Assembly (NCBI GenBank): GCA_900546265.1
Contig: URCA01000015.1
Span: forward strand, 1,542 to 65,541
Source: an uncultured Oscillospiraceae bacterium
GTDB taxonomy: Bacteria; Bacillota; Clostridia; Oscillospirales; Acutalibacteraceae
DNA: 64,000 nt
Direction: 5' to 3'
The notes under the pieces were generated by a model. That model ran no database searches. It saw nothing but the letters and a program-made list of their open reading frames with translations, and had not been told where the DNA came from. Of the stretch, positions 17,737 through 26,423 are shown piece by piece; position 1 is the first letter of the stretch, and each line of letters opens with the position of its first letter. The translations under genes were made by a program, and so were the position numbers.

Positions 17737-20175
17737 TTATGAATTTGTCAGGCAGAAATTGGCCAGGATGACGTTTAACCCGGCGATGCTGGCGTCGAGG
17801 CCGCCTTCCCGATAAAACATCACATTCCGCACGGCGCTCAAATCGCCCGCGTTGTAGACATAGGCGTCTATCGGCAGAACCACATGGTTCCAGCCCATCC
17901 CTTGAATCTGGGAGGAGACACTGTATGGAACGCGCCCCTCCCATCGGTTGGCGCCCGAGGTGAAGTCGATGCGCAGATCGCCCGGGCTGTTGGTCAGAAT
18001 CGAATAATCGGATACAAACACGTCAAACTCCACGTTGTCCGCCTGGGTGAAATCCACGGCGGGAGTCATGCCCTCGAGGCAAAGCCTGTCGAAGGCATAC
18101 AAGAAGGTGGCGCCCGTCTCAAAGGTCTGGTTGATGGTCTCGCCGAAGCGCGTGACAATCCCGGTCGGCTCATCCGGAAGCGTCAGCCGGACGCCGCCCA
18201 CCTGGCGGACGCCCAGCAGCAAGCCGCTCATCTGGGCCGGTGACATGACGGCGCTCCCCTCGAAATAGCAGGACCAAGTGCTGACCGCCGACCAGTCGGG
18301 CTGCTGCCCGTTTGCACCGTTTGTAAAAAACGACTCTCTTTTTACCTCCACCGTGTTCCAGCCGGATTTGGTGATTTGATCGAGAAAACTGACGCTGGCG
18401 CGGCTGTTGGTCCGATTGCCGCTGTCCGAGCCGAGGGTAAAGCGGATGTCGCTGGCCCCTTTTCCCCCGGAAATCCGCTCGGTAAAGGTGGCATAATCGC
18501 TGACGTAAAATTCAAAGGTAATGGTGTCGCTGGTCGAAAGATCCACCGGCGGCAGGCCGCTGCCGTAAAGGGTATCCCACAGCCAGCTGTAAGCCGCTCC
18601 GTCCGGGAAGGTGTACGAGGAAAAATCTTCATCCAGCAGCGTCATGGTCAGCGGCGGATCCATGACGGCGCAGATATTGGCGCACGCCACCTCCACATCG
18701 GCCGCCGCTCCCAGCGATGTATAAATATTGGGGCCAGCGAAGCTGAGCATCCAGGAGGACACCTGGGAAGCATCCAGCGTCCCCGTCCCCACCTGGGTAA
18801 AGGCCGAAAGCGGGAGGACAATATGGTTCCATCCGCTGCCTGTAATCCGGTCAAGGAAGGGGGCTCCCTCGCGGGTGCCATACCGGTTGCCCGGCGTGGA
18901 GCCGAGGAAAAAGAAGAGATCCGTCACGCCGCCGTTCGTGTTCGCCATCGCCGCGGTAAGGGCGGGATAATCGCTGATAAAGAAGTCAAACGCAATCGCG
19001 TCCGCCGCGGTCAAATCGAGCGGGCCGACGCCGTCGTTATACACCGTATCCGCCAGGAAGTGGAACCCCGGCGCCACTCCGCCGTTGCCCAGCAGAGCGC
19101 TGTCGCCGGTTTCGTCCAGAATCGCCGCTTTCAGCGGTATCCCCAGCAGCGACGGCGCGGGCGGTCGGATAGGATACGCCGGCTGTCTCGGCCCTCCGCC
19201 AATCGCTTCCTGTATGTAGGTATAGATAGCCTTGCGCGCCGTCACGTCGCCGGTCTCGGTACCGCCCACCAGTCCGCAGTAGGCTTCGACCGGGTCGGAA
19301 ATGGCCGGCTCATCCATCAGCTCGTAAAAAATCAAGCCCTTCACACGGGGTTCGGCGTATACCGCCGCCATGCCATCCGTCAGCCAGTTCCATGTGGAAA
19401 TCGGCGCATAGGTGTTGTTCCCGGAGGGACGGATATTAGTTTCGGTGATGAGAATATCCTGGGTGAAATTGGCCTTCACGGGAGTCAGCACCCTGGAAAA
19501 CTCCCCCATATCGGCGTACCAGTCCAGCCCGATGATATCCCACTGCAGCCCCTTGTTTTTCAGAGCGGTCAGGAACCCGTAGTGCAGATAGCTGATGCTG
19601 ATCACCGTCTTCGAATCGGTGTTGACCGCCCGAATCGCCCCGAGGGCCGACTGAAACCGGCCGTACCAGTCGTTGATGACGGCGTCGCTGTAGTGGCTGG
19701 GCCGAGAGCCGTCGGGAACATCCGCCGGGTTGGAATCGAGCAGCGCCGGAATATCCGCTTCGCCGAACACCTGCAGATAGCGGATGAATCCATGGGGGCT
19801 CGAGGCCGTGTAGCGGGCCGCCGTGGCGCCGATCCGCTGCGCAATCGCCTCCGGCGTTCCCTGCGCGTCGTCCAGCACCAGCATCATATCCATGCCGTAG
19901 GCCAGCACCTCGGCCAGGACGGTGTCCAAATACGCGAAGTCCTCCTCCGTCACCGGGTTGTAGTTGAAGCGGTAAATCTTGGAACCCAGCTCGGCGGCAA
20001 GCTTCACCTGTGTTTTCAAATTCTTTTCCGGATAGGAGGCATAATGCCGGTTATGTCCGTTCACTCCCCAGGAAAAATCCGAACGGGAGACATAATTTGC
20101 CGTGGAAGCCGACGCGTGCGGCAGGACCGAGAACAGCATGCTGGCGAGAAGTACCAAACAGAGCAGCTTTTTCAA
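17737..20175 (-). CDS. Clan-GH-A-like hydrolase paralog 3: signal peptide + catalytic domain + three ~150-aa beta-sandwich (CBM-like) modules
   Basis: 812 aa. TTG start with AGGAGGGG 5 nt upstream. MKKLLCLVLLASMLFSVLPHASA. Motifs VFGEAD and ITETN. The C-terminal modules each contain F-x-F-(F/Y/V)-(I/V)-SDY ... GWN-x-V. Confidence 0.6.
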   Translation of the reverse strand: MKKLLCLVLLASMLFSVLPHASASTANYVSRSDFSWGVNGHNRHYASYPEKNLKTQVKLAAELGSKIYRFNYNPVTEEDFAYLDTVLAEVLAYGMDMMLVLDDAQGTPEAIAQRIGATAARYTASSPHGFIRYLQVFGEADIPALLDSNPADVPDGSRPSHYSDAVINDWYGRFQSALGAIRAVNTDSKTVISISYLHYGFLTALKNKGLQWDIIGLDWYADMGEFSRVLTPVKANFTQDILITETNIRPSGNNTYAPISTWNWLTDGMAAVYAEPRVKGLIFYELMDEPAISDPVEAYCGLVGGTETGDVTARKAIYTYIQEAIGGGPRQPAYPIRPPAPSLLGIPLKAAILDETGDSALLGNGGVAPGFHFLADTVYNDGVGPLDLTAADAIAFDFFISDYPALTAAMANTNGGVTDLFFFLGSTPGNRYGTREGAPFLDRITGSGWNHIVLPLSAFTQVGTGTLDASQVSSWMLSFAGPNIYTSLGAAADVEVACANICAVMDPPLTMTLLDEDFSSYTFPDGAAYSWLWDTLYGSGLPPVDLSTSDTITFEFYVSDYATFTERISGGKGASDIRFTLGSDSGNRTNSRASVSFLDQITKSGWNTVEVKRESFFTNGANGQQPDWSAVSTWSCYFEGSAVMSPAQMSGLLLGVRQVGGVRLTLPDEPTGIVTRFGETINQTFETGATFLYAFDRLCLEGMTPAVDFTQADNVEFDVFVSDYSILTNSPGDLRIDFTSGANRWEGRVPYSVSSQIQGMGWNHVVLPIDAYVYNAGDLSAVRNVMFYREGGLDASIAGLNVILANFCLTNS

Positions 20176-20229
20176 CGGGGCCCCTCCTATTCTGTCTCCG
20201 AAGGCCTTTCGTCCTTAGTCCTCCGGGCG

Positions 20230-20256
20230 GGGGGATGCCGTCTGCCGGCATCCCCC
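20230..20256 (-). promoter_or_regulatory. Intercistronic GC hairpin (11-bp stem) downstream of the binding-protein gene, with no U-tract
   Basis: GGGGGATGCCG-tctgc-CGGCATCCCCC, between stop 20277 and the next start at 20175. Confidence 0.4.
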
Positions 20257-20276
20257 ACGGAACCGTCTGTCGCTAT

Positions 20277-21896
20277 TTACTTGAATTGATTTACAACCTT
20301 CATCACATCGTTCAGCGCGGCTTCCGCCACGCCCTTGTTGGCCTGGATATACGCCTCCGGTGTGGTTTTTCCATTATACGTCTCATAAATCGCCTTAAAG
20401 GTTCCCGCGTGAATGTTCCAGTCGGCCCCGCCGCCAAAGATGGACACGGGCTCGATCTTGGCGCTGTCCAGGCTCTTGGCGAACATGTCGTACGATTCAT
20501 CGTCGCAGAAATACCGGTCGCGGTATTCCGCCTGCTGCGCCTTGATGCAGTCGTCCGCCAGATAACAGAAAGCCTGCAGGAAGGAGCCCGCGTTGGCCAG
20601 CTCCTGGCCCTTAAGGCCGCCCGACACCATCAGCACCGTACTGTTCCAGTTGCAGGAGGCGACATAGCCGCTGGCCTTGTCCCCCTTGGGGAAGGGCAGA
20701 TAGCCGTACTCGTCTTCCATATCCACGATGTTCTGGGCGTACAGAGTGGCGGCCCCCAGGAAAAGGGACTTCCCTTCCATAAACTCTTTCATCGCGTTGG
20801 CATCCTGCTCGCTGGCGCGGGAAATCCCGGATTTGGCATAGAAATCGACGGCCTCGTTGATATACTTGACAACATTGGCGTCCTGCATGTTGTACTTGAT
20901 GCCGCCTTTGCCGTCCGCCTTGAGCATATCGGCGCCGTTGGCCGACATATAATTGAGCACCGCCGAGGAAGGCCCGTCGCTCTGGATAATGCCGAAGCGG
21001 TCGGCGCTGGTCATGCCGGGCTTGCCGTCCAGATCCTTGCTCGCCTTCTTGGCGATGGTTTTCAGCTGGGAAATGGTCCATTTGTTCTGCTTGACCATGG
21101 TATACAAATCGGTGTCTTTATACCCGATTTCGTTCAGGATGCGTTTGTTGAAGAAATACCCCAGCACAGCCGGATACATGTCCTTGGTCCCCACAAACCA
21201 GACGCCCTTGCCTATGGTGGAGGCCTTGACCGCCTGCCCGCCGTTGAGATAGCTTTGCGTCAGATCCATGGTCGGCACCGTCCTGAGGTTGGTGGCCAGC
21301 CCGGAGGATATGTAGGATACGGCGTTGTATATCGGTGCCTCCATGATGTGGCCGTAGCTTTCGCCCGAAGCCACCGCCGCGAAGGCGGCCGATACCATCT
21401 GATCGGCGGGTACCACCGTCACCTGCACCTTGCACTTAATGGTATCCTGGATTTTGGTCAGCCGATCGGCATAGGCGTTGCCCGTCTGGGATTTCCCCTT
21501 CTGGGTGTTGAAAACGCCGATTTGGTCCTTGGGATAGCTGGTATACACCTTGATGGTGGCGCCCTTCAGATTCACCTTCAGCGGGTCGGTGATGATCGGC
21601 TGGGAAACCGTGGGGACGACGTTGGGAAGTCTCTTTTTGGTGGTTTTGGTATTGGGCTTCGCCGTCGTTTTACCGCCGGAGCTTCCTGTGCCTTTCCCCG
21701 TCTCCGTTGTGCCCGATCCCGCCGTCTCGGTGCTGTCGGCGGAGGGGCCGGTGTCGGCGCTGGTGGAAGCCGTGGATTCCCCTGTGCCGCCTGACACGTC
21801 TGAATTCGGTGTCGGCTCCTTGCCGCACGCCGCCATGGCCAGCATGGAAGCGGCTATCAAAAGTCCGGATAGGATACTGAGCAATCTGTTTCGCAT
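20277..21896 (-). CDS. ABC transporter solute-binding lipoprotein (sugar family)
   Basis: 539 aa. The lipobox is LAMAAC-GKE, followed by a Ser/Thr/Gly-rich linker and then the binding-protein body. There is no adjacent permease; the nearest unpaired pair is 4028-5904. Confidence 0.75.
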   Translation of the reverse strand: MRNRLLSILSGLLIAASMLAMAACGKEPTPNSDVSGGTGESTASTSADTGPSADSTETAGSGTTETGKGTGSSGGKTTAKPNTKTTKKRLPNVVPTVSQPIITDPLKVNLKGATIKVYTSYPKDQIGVFNTQKGKSQTGNAYADRLTKIQDTIKCKVQVTVVPADQMVSAAFAAVASGESYGHIMEAPIYNAVSYISSGLATNLRTVPTMDLTQSYLNGGQAVKASTIGKGVWFVGTKDMYPAVLGYFFNKRILNEIGYKDTDLYTMVKQNKWTISQLKTIAKKASKDLDGKPGMTSADRFGIIQSDGPSSAVLNYMSANGADMLKADGKGGIKYNMQDANVVKYINEAVDFYAKSGISRASEQDANAMKEFMEGKSLFLGAATLYAQNIVDMEDEYGYLPFPKGDKASGYVASCNWNSTVLMVSGGLKGQELANAGSFLQAFCYLADDCIKAQQAEYRDRYFCDDESYDMFAKSLDSAKIEPVSIFGGGADWNIHAGTFKAIYETYNGKTTPEAYIQANKGVAEAALNDVMKVVNQFK

Positions 21897-21926
21897 AAAC
21901 CCATTCCCTTCGCTCGTATTCGCTCG

Positions 21927-21956
21927 GTGTGCGGGGCCTGTCAGCCCCGCACACCT
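21927..21956 (-). promoter_or_regulatory. Intercistronic perfect 12-bp hairpin, with no U-tract
   Basis: GGTGTGCGGGGC-ctgtca-GCCCCGCACACC, between stop 21978 and start 21896. Confidence 0.4.
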
Positions 21957-21977
21957 CTGCTTGTCGATGGATTGTCG

Positions 21978-24425
21978 TTATTTCCCGCGGCGACGGCTGA
22001 CGAGCAGGGCGCCGCCAGCTGCCGCCATGACGGCGAAGGCCGCCGCGCCGGTTGCCGCGCCGGTGCCGGGATTCTCGGATTCCGAGCCGGTGGGATCGCC
22101 CGCAGCTGACGATTCATTCTCCGTCGGGCTGCTCGGATCCTCCGGGGTGCTGGGATTCGAGGGATTCGAGGGCTCCCCGGCATCCAGGCTGCCCGTCACG
22201 CGCAGGTTATCCAGGCGCACGATCAGCTCATCCCCTTCGGCAAAGGCGGAATCCTTGGCGCCGAAGACAAAGCAGCGGATTTTGGACATATCCGCGCCGT
22301 CGTCCTTCGTGAAGCCCTTGGTCACGTCGATCTCCACGCTGTTCCATCCCGGCTTCCAGCTGGTGGTGTCCACGTCCCAGCGGAAATACTTGCTGGTGCC
22401 GCGGTTATCTCCCGTAAGGGAAACCGCGAATTTGGTCTTCGCCATCAGATCCAGATCGTCCACAAACACGTCGAACTTCAGCGTCTTCACTTTGGAGAAA
22501 TCCTTTTGCTCAAATACATAGCGCATGACGTTGGAGGTGTCGGGCTGCTGCATGAACTTCTGCGAAACCGAGGCTTTTCCTTCCGTTTTATAAGTGGTGT
22601 CGATTTGCACGGTGGCAGGGTTCCAGGAATCCCCGTTTTCCTCCACCATCTTCTCGCAGTCGGACAGGTAAATGGCGTCTTTATCCGGCTTCGCGGGCTT
22701 GTCGGGATCGGGCTGCACGAGAACCGGCTTGGCGGTGGCGTAGATGTTTTTGACCGTAATCCGGACATCCCAGGCGTCGCCCACCGGAAGTCCTACGAAA
22801 TTGGGGCCGTTAAAGGAGAAGCCCCAGGTGCACGCCTGCGTCCAATCCAGCGGGCCGGAACCCATGTTTTGGAAGTCGCTCTTTTTCAGCTTCAAATGAA
22901 CCCAGCCGTCTTCGCCCACATCCGCGAGCAAGGGCCAGATCGACGCGCCCCAGCGGTTTGCATACCGATCCCCTTCTTTGGAACCGATGCAGAAAAGCAA
23001 ATCGTTCACCTTGCCGTCGGAAGCGTCCATAACCGACTTAAGGGTTTCATAATCGCTGATGTAAAGATCCAGTTCGACAAAGTCCGCATTGGAAAAGTCT
23101 TTCGCCGGCAGACCGACTTTATACAGAATATCGGAAAAATAATGGAACTGCGCATCTACCTCACCGTTGCCCAGCGTGGCGGACGTCTCTTCCGTGTCAA
23201 AGGTGACGACCGCGTTGGCCGGCGGCGTATCGGGTCCCGGGGTACCACAGATGTTGGCCACACCAAACACTAGATCGCAGGCGTCGCCCAGCGTAAAGCC
23301 CGCGAGGCCTTCCAGTCCGATCATCCAGTTGCTCACACTGCCCCGGTCAAATTCCCCGAGGGGGAAGAGATCCCCAACCGGGACTTTGACGTGGCTCCAA
23401 CCTGCATCGGTCTTCTTCAGCTGATTCTGGAAATCGTAGACCGCCCGGGCTCCATACCGGTTGGCGGGCTCAGAACCCAAGCTGAGCCGCAGTCCGACAT
23501 TCTCTTTGCCTTCAAACAGAGCCATGGTTTTGTCATAGTCGCTGACATAAAAATCGAATTCGATAAACTCCGCCTGAGAAAAGTCCGCCGCTTCCAGATT
23601 CACATTCATGAAAATATCGAATGACCACGCGCCTGTAGCGGAGGGATCGCCCTTACCGAGCGATCTGAAAAATGGCTCAAACTCCAGTACGTCAAGGGCA
23701 CTTGACGGCACGTTGGGCACCGGGCGGAAGAAGGCGGTGCGCAGGTTCTTCACGCCGATCTCCGCGTCAAAGGCGTCGCCGGCCGCGATCTTCGCGACCT
23801 TCTCGCCGAACTGCAGGTTCCAACCGGTAACCTTACCCCAGTTGAAGTTGTCATCCTGGTCCACGCGTTTTTCGTCCGCTTTTATAATGCGGACGTCGGT
23901 CACGCCGTCTCCCTTGATCTGATCGAAGAAGTCGCAGGTCACCGAGCCGCCGCCGACCGACGTGAAGACCAACTGCATGACGCCAGCCTTGGCGTCCGCC
24001 GTAACAGCCGCCGTAACCTGCTCTGTGGTGGCCGCGATGGCTTCGTCGCCCTCGACACCTTTGAGTGCCTCCTTCAATGCATCAGGCAGCTTCTTGTTCA
24101 CCTCAGCGGACACCGTCTCGTCTACCAGCGCCTCGATTTTGTCATAGCCGCTGACAGAAAGCTGAAATTCCACATAGGCCCCGCCGGTGAGATCCGTCTC
24201 CGCCAGTCCCTTTTGGCCGATGAAGAAATCGCCGAGGAGCGCCTCGGCGTTCTCGCCAACGGTGGTCTTCTTCTCTTCTGCGGACAGCATGACGGCCGTC
24301 CTGTTCACCGTTTCCGAGGTCAAATCTTCCGATAAAGACAACGCATTCGTTGATATGATCTGTGCCGAAAGCACGCTGACAAGTGCTATGGATGCTAAGA
24401 CTTTGCGCATGATCTTTGCTACCAC
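21978..24425 (-). CDS. Cell-wall-anchored surface protein built from four CBM-like modules of the same type as in 17737-20175
   Basis: Signal peptide MRKVLASIALVSVLSAQ. Module cores include EFIEFDFYVSDYDK...GWSHVKVP, DFVELDLYISDYET...GWVHLKL and TLKFDVFVDDLD...GWNSVEI. The C-terminus is ENPGTG + hydrophobic stretch + RRRGK, a sortase-type sorting signal. The start is GTG 24425 or ATG 24410; the track TTG at 24443 lies within the RBS. Confidence 0.65.
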   Translation of the reverse strand: MVAKIMRKVLASIALVSVLSAQIISTNALSLSEDLTSETVNRTAVMLSAEEKKTTVGENAEALLGDFFIGQKGLAETDLTGGAYVEFQLSVSGYDKIEALVDETVSAEVNKKLPDALKEALKGVEGDEAIAATTEQVTAAVTADAKAGVMQLVFTSVGGGSVTCDFFDQIKGDGVTDVRIIKADEKRVDQDDNFNWGKVTGWNLQFGEKVAKIAAGDAFDAEIGVKNLRTAFFRPVPNVPSSALDVLEFEPFFRSLGKGDPSATGAWSFDIFMNVNLEAADFSQAEFIEFDFYVSDYDKTMALFEGKENVGLRLSLGSEPANRYGARAVYDFQNQLKKTDAGWSHVKVPVGDLFPLGEFDRGSVSNWMIGLEGLAGFTLGDACDLVFGVANICGTPGPDTPPANAVVTFDTEETSATLGNGEVDAQFHYFSDILYKVGLPAKDFSNADFVELDLYISDYETLKSVMDASDGKVNDLLFCIGSKEGDRYANRWGASIWPLLADVGEDGWVHLKLKKSDFQNMGSGPLDWTQACTWGFSFNGPNFVGLPVGDAWDVRITVKNIYATAKPVLVQPDPDKPAKPDKDAIYLSDCEKMVEENGDSWNPATVQIDTTYKTEGKASVSQKFMQQPDTSNVMRYVFEQKDFSKVKTLKFDVFVDDLDLMAKTKFAVSLTGDNRGTSKYFRWDVDTTSWKPGWNSVEIDVTKGFTKDDGADMSKIRCFVFGAKDSAFAEGDELIVRLDNLRVTGSLDAGEPSNPSNPSTPEDPSSPTENESSAAGDPTGSESENPGTGAATGAAAFAVMAAAGGALLVSRRRGK

Positions 24426-24459
24426 AATACATTCCTCCCTCAATAAATTGAAACGGATT

Positions 24460-25566
24460 CTACCCGCGCGCGGTGGAATTTCTGGCCACGAGCCGGACGG
24501 GGGACAAAATCTGGGTCACCACCGAAGAACCGCCCGCCGCCAGATGCAGGCACATTTTCGCCGCCTCCTTTCCCATTAAATAGAAATCCTGTGATATACT
24601 TGAAAGCGGGACCTTTTGTACCTCCGAAATATCCAGATTATCGAACCCGACGATGGCGACCTGCTCCGGAACGCGTACGCCTCTTTTCAGCAGGGCGTTT
24701 TCTACCGCGATGGCCGTGATATCGTTACGCACAAACAGTCCGTCGATCGGCTCCGGAAGGGACAGTACCCGTTCCAAATACTCGTCAATGAACTCTACAA
24801 ATTGATTGGGATGATGCTCCACATAATCCATACATAAAAATTCCTGCCGGATAGGCATGGAAGCCTCCTGTAAGGCGGTCTTATACCCCAGAAAGCGATC
24901 GGAAAGGGAGCGTATCCGCTCTTCGCCGCCGCCGACATAGCCGATTCGCCTGCAGCCGATGTCGATGAGGTGCCTGGTGGCCAGATAGCCGCCCCGCAAA
25001 TTATCGCTGGAGACAAAGTTGGCGTTGACCCCCAGCGGAGAGCAGTCCGCGAATACCATCGCGCAATTCTTTTTCAGCAGCCGGAAATAGGTGACGGCAT
25101 CCATCCGGATATCCGAATTGAAGATAACGCCCTTCACCTTGTTGCCGATGAGCTCGCATACCTTGTCATAAATGTTATCGTTCTGATTGGAGACCGTATG
25201 CACGGTCAGATAGCAGCCCTGTTCGGTCAGATATTCCTCTGCCCCTTGTATAATTTGGAAGAACTGCGATATGTTCTCGCTTTCGCCCTTATCTACCTTT
25301 ATGTAGGAGATAAAATCCACCTTGCCGTTCTGTCTCCCCTTGTCTCCCAGGAAAATACCACTCCCCTGCCGCTTGTATACGACCCCTTTCAGCTCTAGAT
25401 CGCGAAACACTTTTTGTGTCGTCGTACGGCTTACCTGCAGCATTTCAGAGAGCTCTCTCTCAGTGGGAAGCTTGTCGCCGTCCACCAAATGGTTTTGCTT
25501 TATAAAATCGAAAATATATTCCGTAATCATATCTTGTTTCTTTTTTGGTACGGCCACTGTACTCAC
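24460..25566 (-). CDS. AraR-type transcriptional regulator (GntR wHTH N-terminus + LacI/PBP1 sugar-binding C-terminus)
   Basis: The wHTH is LPTERELSEMLQVSRTTTQKVFRDLELKGVVYKRQGSGIFL. The PBP1-like body contains LRGGYLATRHLIDIGCRRIGYVGG. The start is set at GTG 25566 after AAGGGGGGAGA; the track start is at 25608. Confidence 0.8.
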   Translation of the reverse strand: MSTVAVPKKKQDMITEYIFDFIKQNHLVDGDKLPTERELSEMLQVSRTTTQKVFRDLELKGVVYKRQGSGIFLGDKGRQNGKVDFISYIKVDKGESENISQFFQIIQGAEEYLTEQGCYLTVHTVSNQNDNIYDKVCELIGNKVKGVIFNSDIRMDAVTYFRLLKKNCAMVFADCSPLGVNANFVSSDNLRGGYLATRHLIDIGCRRIGYVGGGEERIRSLSDRFLGYKTALQEASMPIRQEFLCMDYVEHHPNQFVEFIDEYLERVLSLPEPIDGLFVRNDITAIAVENALLKRGVRVPEQVAIVGFDNLDISEVQKVPLSSISQDFYLMGKEAAKMCLHLAAGGSSVVTQILSPVRLVARNSTARG

Positions 25567-25624
25567 TTTGTCTCCCCCCTTATTGGTATGTTCCAATTTT
25601 TCAGCCACTTCTTAATTCACCCAT

Positions 25625-25653
25625 ATTCTAACATTGGCTTTTTTGTATGTCAA
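25625..25653 (-). promoter_or_regulatory. Sigma-70-type promoter for the regulator/operon
   Basis: On the minus strand: TTGACA (25653-25648), a 17-nt spacer, then TAGAAT (25630-25625). Confidence 0.5.
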
Positions 25654-25709
25654 GAGGTTTTTGTGATATTTTTACTATATTTTTTAAATTATTAGATTTT
25701 TTATTGTTT

Positions 25710-25744
25710 AAAAGTGTTCCAATTTGAATAATTGGAACACTTTT
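25710..25744. promoter_or_regulatory. Perfect 15-bp inverted repeat, a candidate operator (or bidirectional hairpin)
   Basis: AAAAGTGTTCCAATT-tgaat-AATTGGAACACTTTT. The 11-mer TGTTCCAATTT recurs at 25589-25599, between the promoter and the regulator start. Confidence 0.45.
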
Positions 25745-25928
25745 GGCGGGATATATTGCTATACCCCAATAATTTAAAAGGCACAACGCCAATTTCTCTG
25801 TTTGGCAAATGCCTGCCGGATGCCCGTCCCCCCCTTGTCATGCCTACTCAATACAAAGCACCACCCGGGAAACGACATCCCAATTGTATACGCCGGCGTA
25901 TGTAACACCGTCTATATACATAAAATAA

Positions 25929-25961
25929 CCGGCATCCTCCGTTTAGCACGGTGGATGCCGG
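25929..25961 (-). terminator. Possible second terminator downstream of the 5S rRNA
   Basis: CCGGCATCC-15 nt-GGATGCCGG, followed on the minus strand by TTATTTTATGT. Confidence 0.35.
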
Positions 25962-26054
25962 CATCTATTTCACCCATTTTGTTTTTGGCCTCTCACCGGG
26001 ATCCCCTTCGGCGGACTCCACACGATTCGTGCAGCATGGCCGGAAATAACACAA

Positions 26055-26082
26055 GCCCCGGAAGTCAAATGACTTCCGGGGC
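26055..26082 (-). terminator. Rho-independent terminator of the 5S rRNA
   Basis: 12-bp stem GCCCCGGAAGTC-aaat-GACTTCCGGGGC, followed on the minus strand by TTGTGTTATTT. Confidence 0.7.
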
Positions 26083-26089
26083 TTGCGAT

Positions 26090-26205
<116 letters not shown>

Positions 26206-26255
26206 TATGGGAACACCGCTTGCACGATGTTCCGTTTGGGTCTCCTTCCGGAGAC

Positions 26256-26316
26256 TGGCTCCCCCTGTTGGACTCGAACCAACGACATTTCGGTTAACAG
26301 CCGAACGCTCTACCAA
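26256..26316 (-). tRNA. 5'-truncated tRNA-Asn(GTT): D-loop through CCA is present, 5' acceptor strand and D-stem are missing
   Basis: The minus strand reads TTGGTAGAGCGTTCGGCTGTTAACCGAAATGTCGTTGGTTCGAGTCCAACAGGGGGAGCCA. It has anticodon stem-loop TTCGG-CTGTTAA-CCGAA, a T-arm and CCA. The sequence 5' of TTGGTA (gtttacgt) cannot form the TCCCCCT acceptor strand or the GCTC D-stem. Confidence 0.75.
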
Positions 26317-26423
26317 ACGTAAACAAAAACTACGGAAAGTCACGCGGCAAAAAAGTGCCACAACAATGTGAACTTCTGAAGTAGTTTTCTCCCTCATGCG
26401 CTTGTGCCATGAAACGCGGTACG

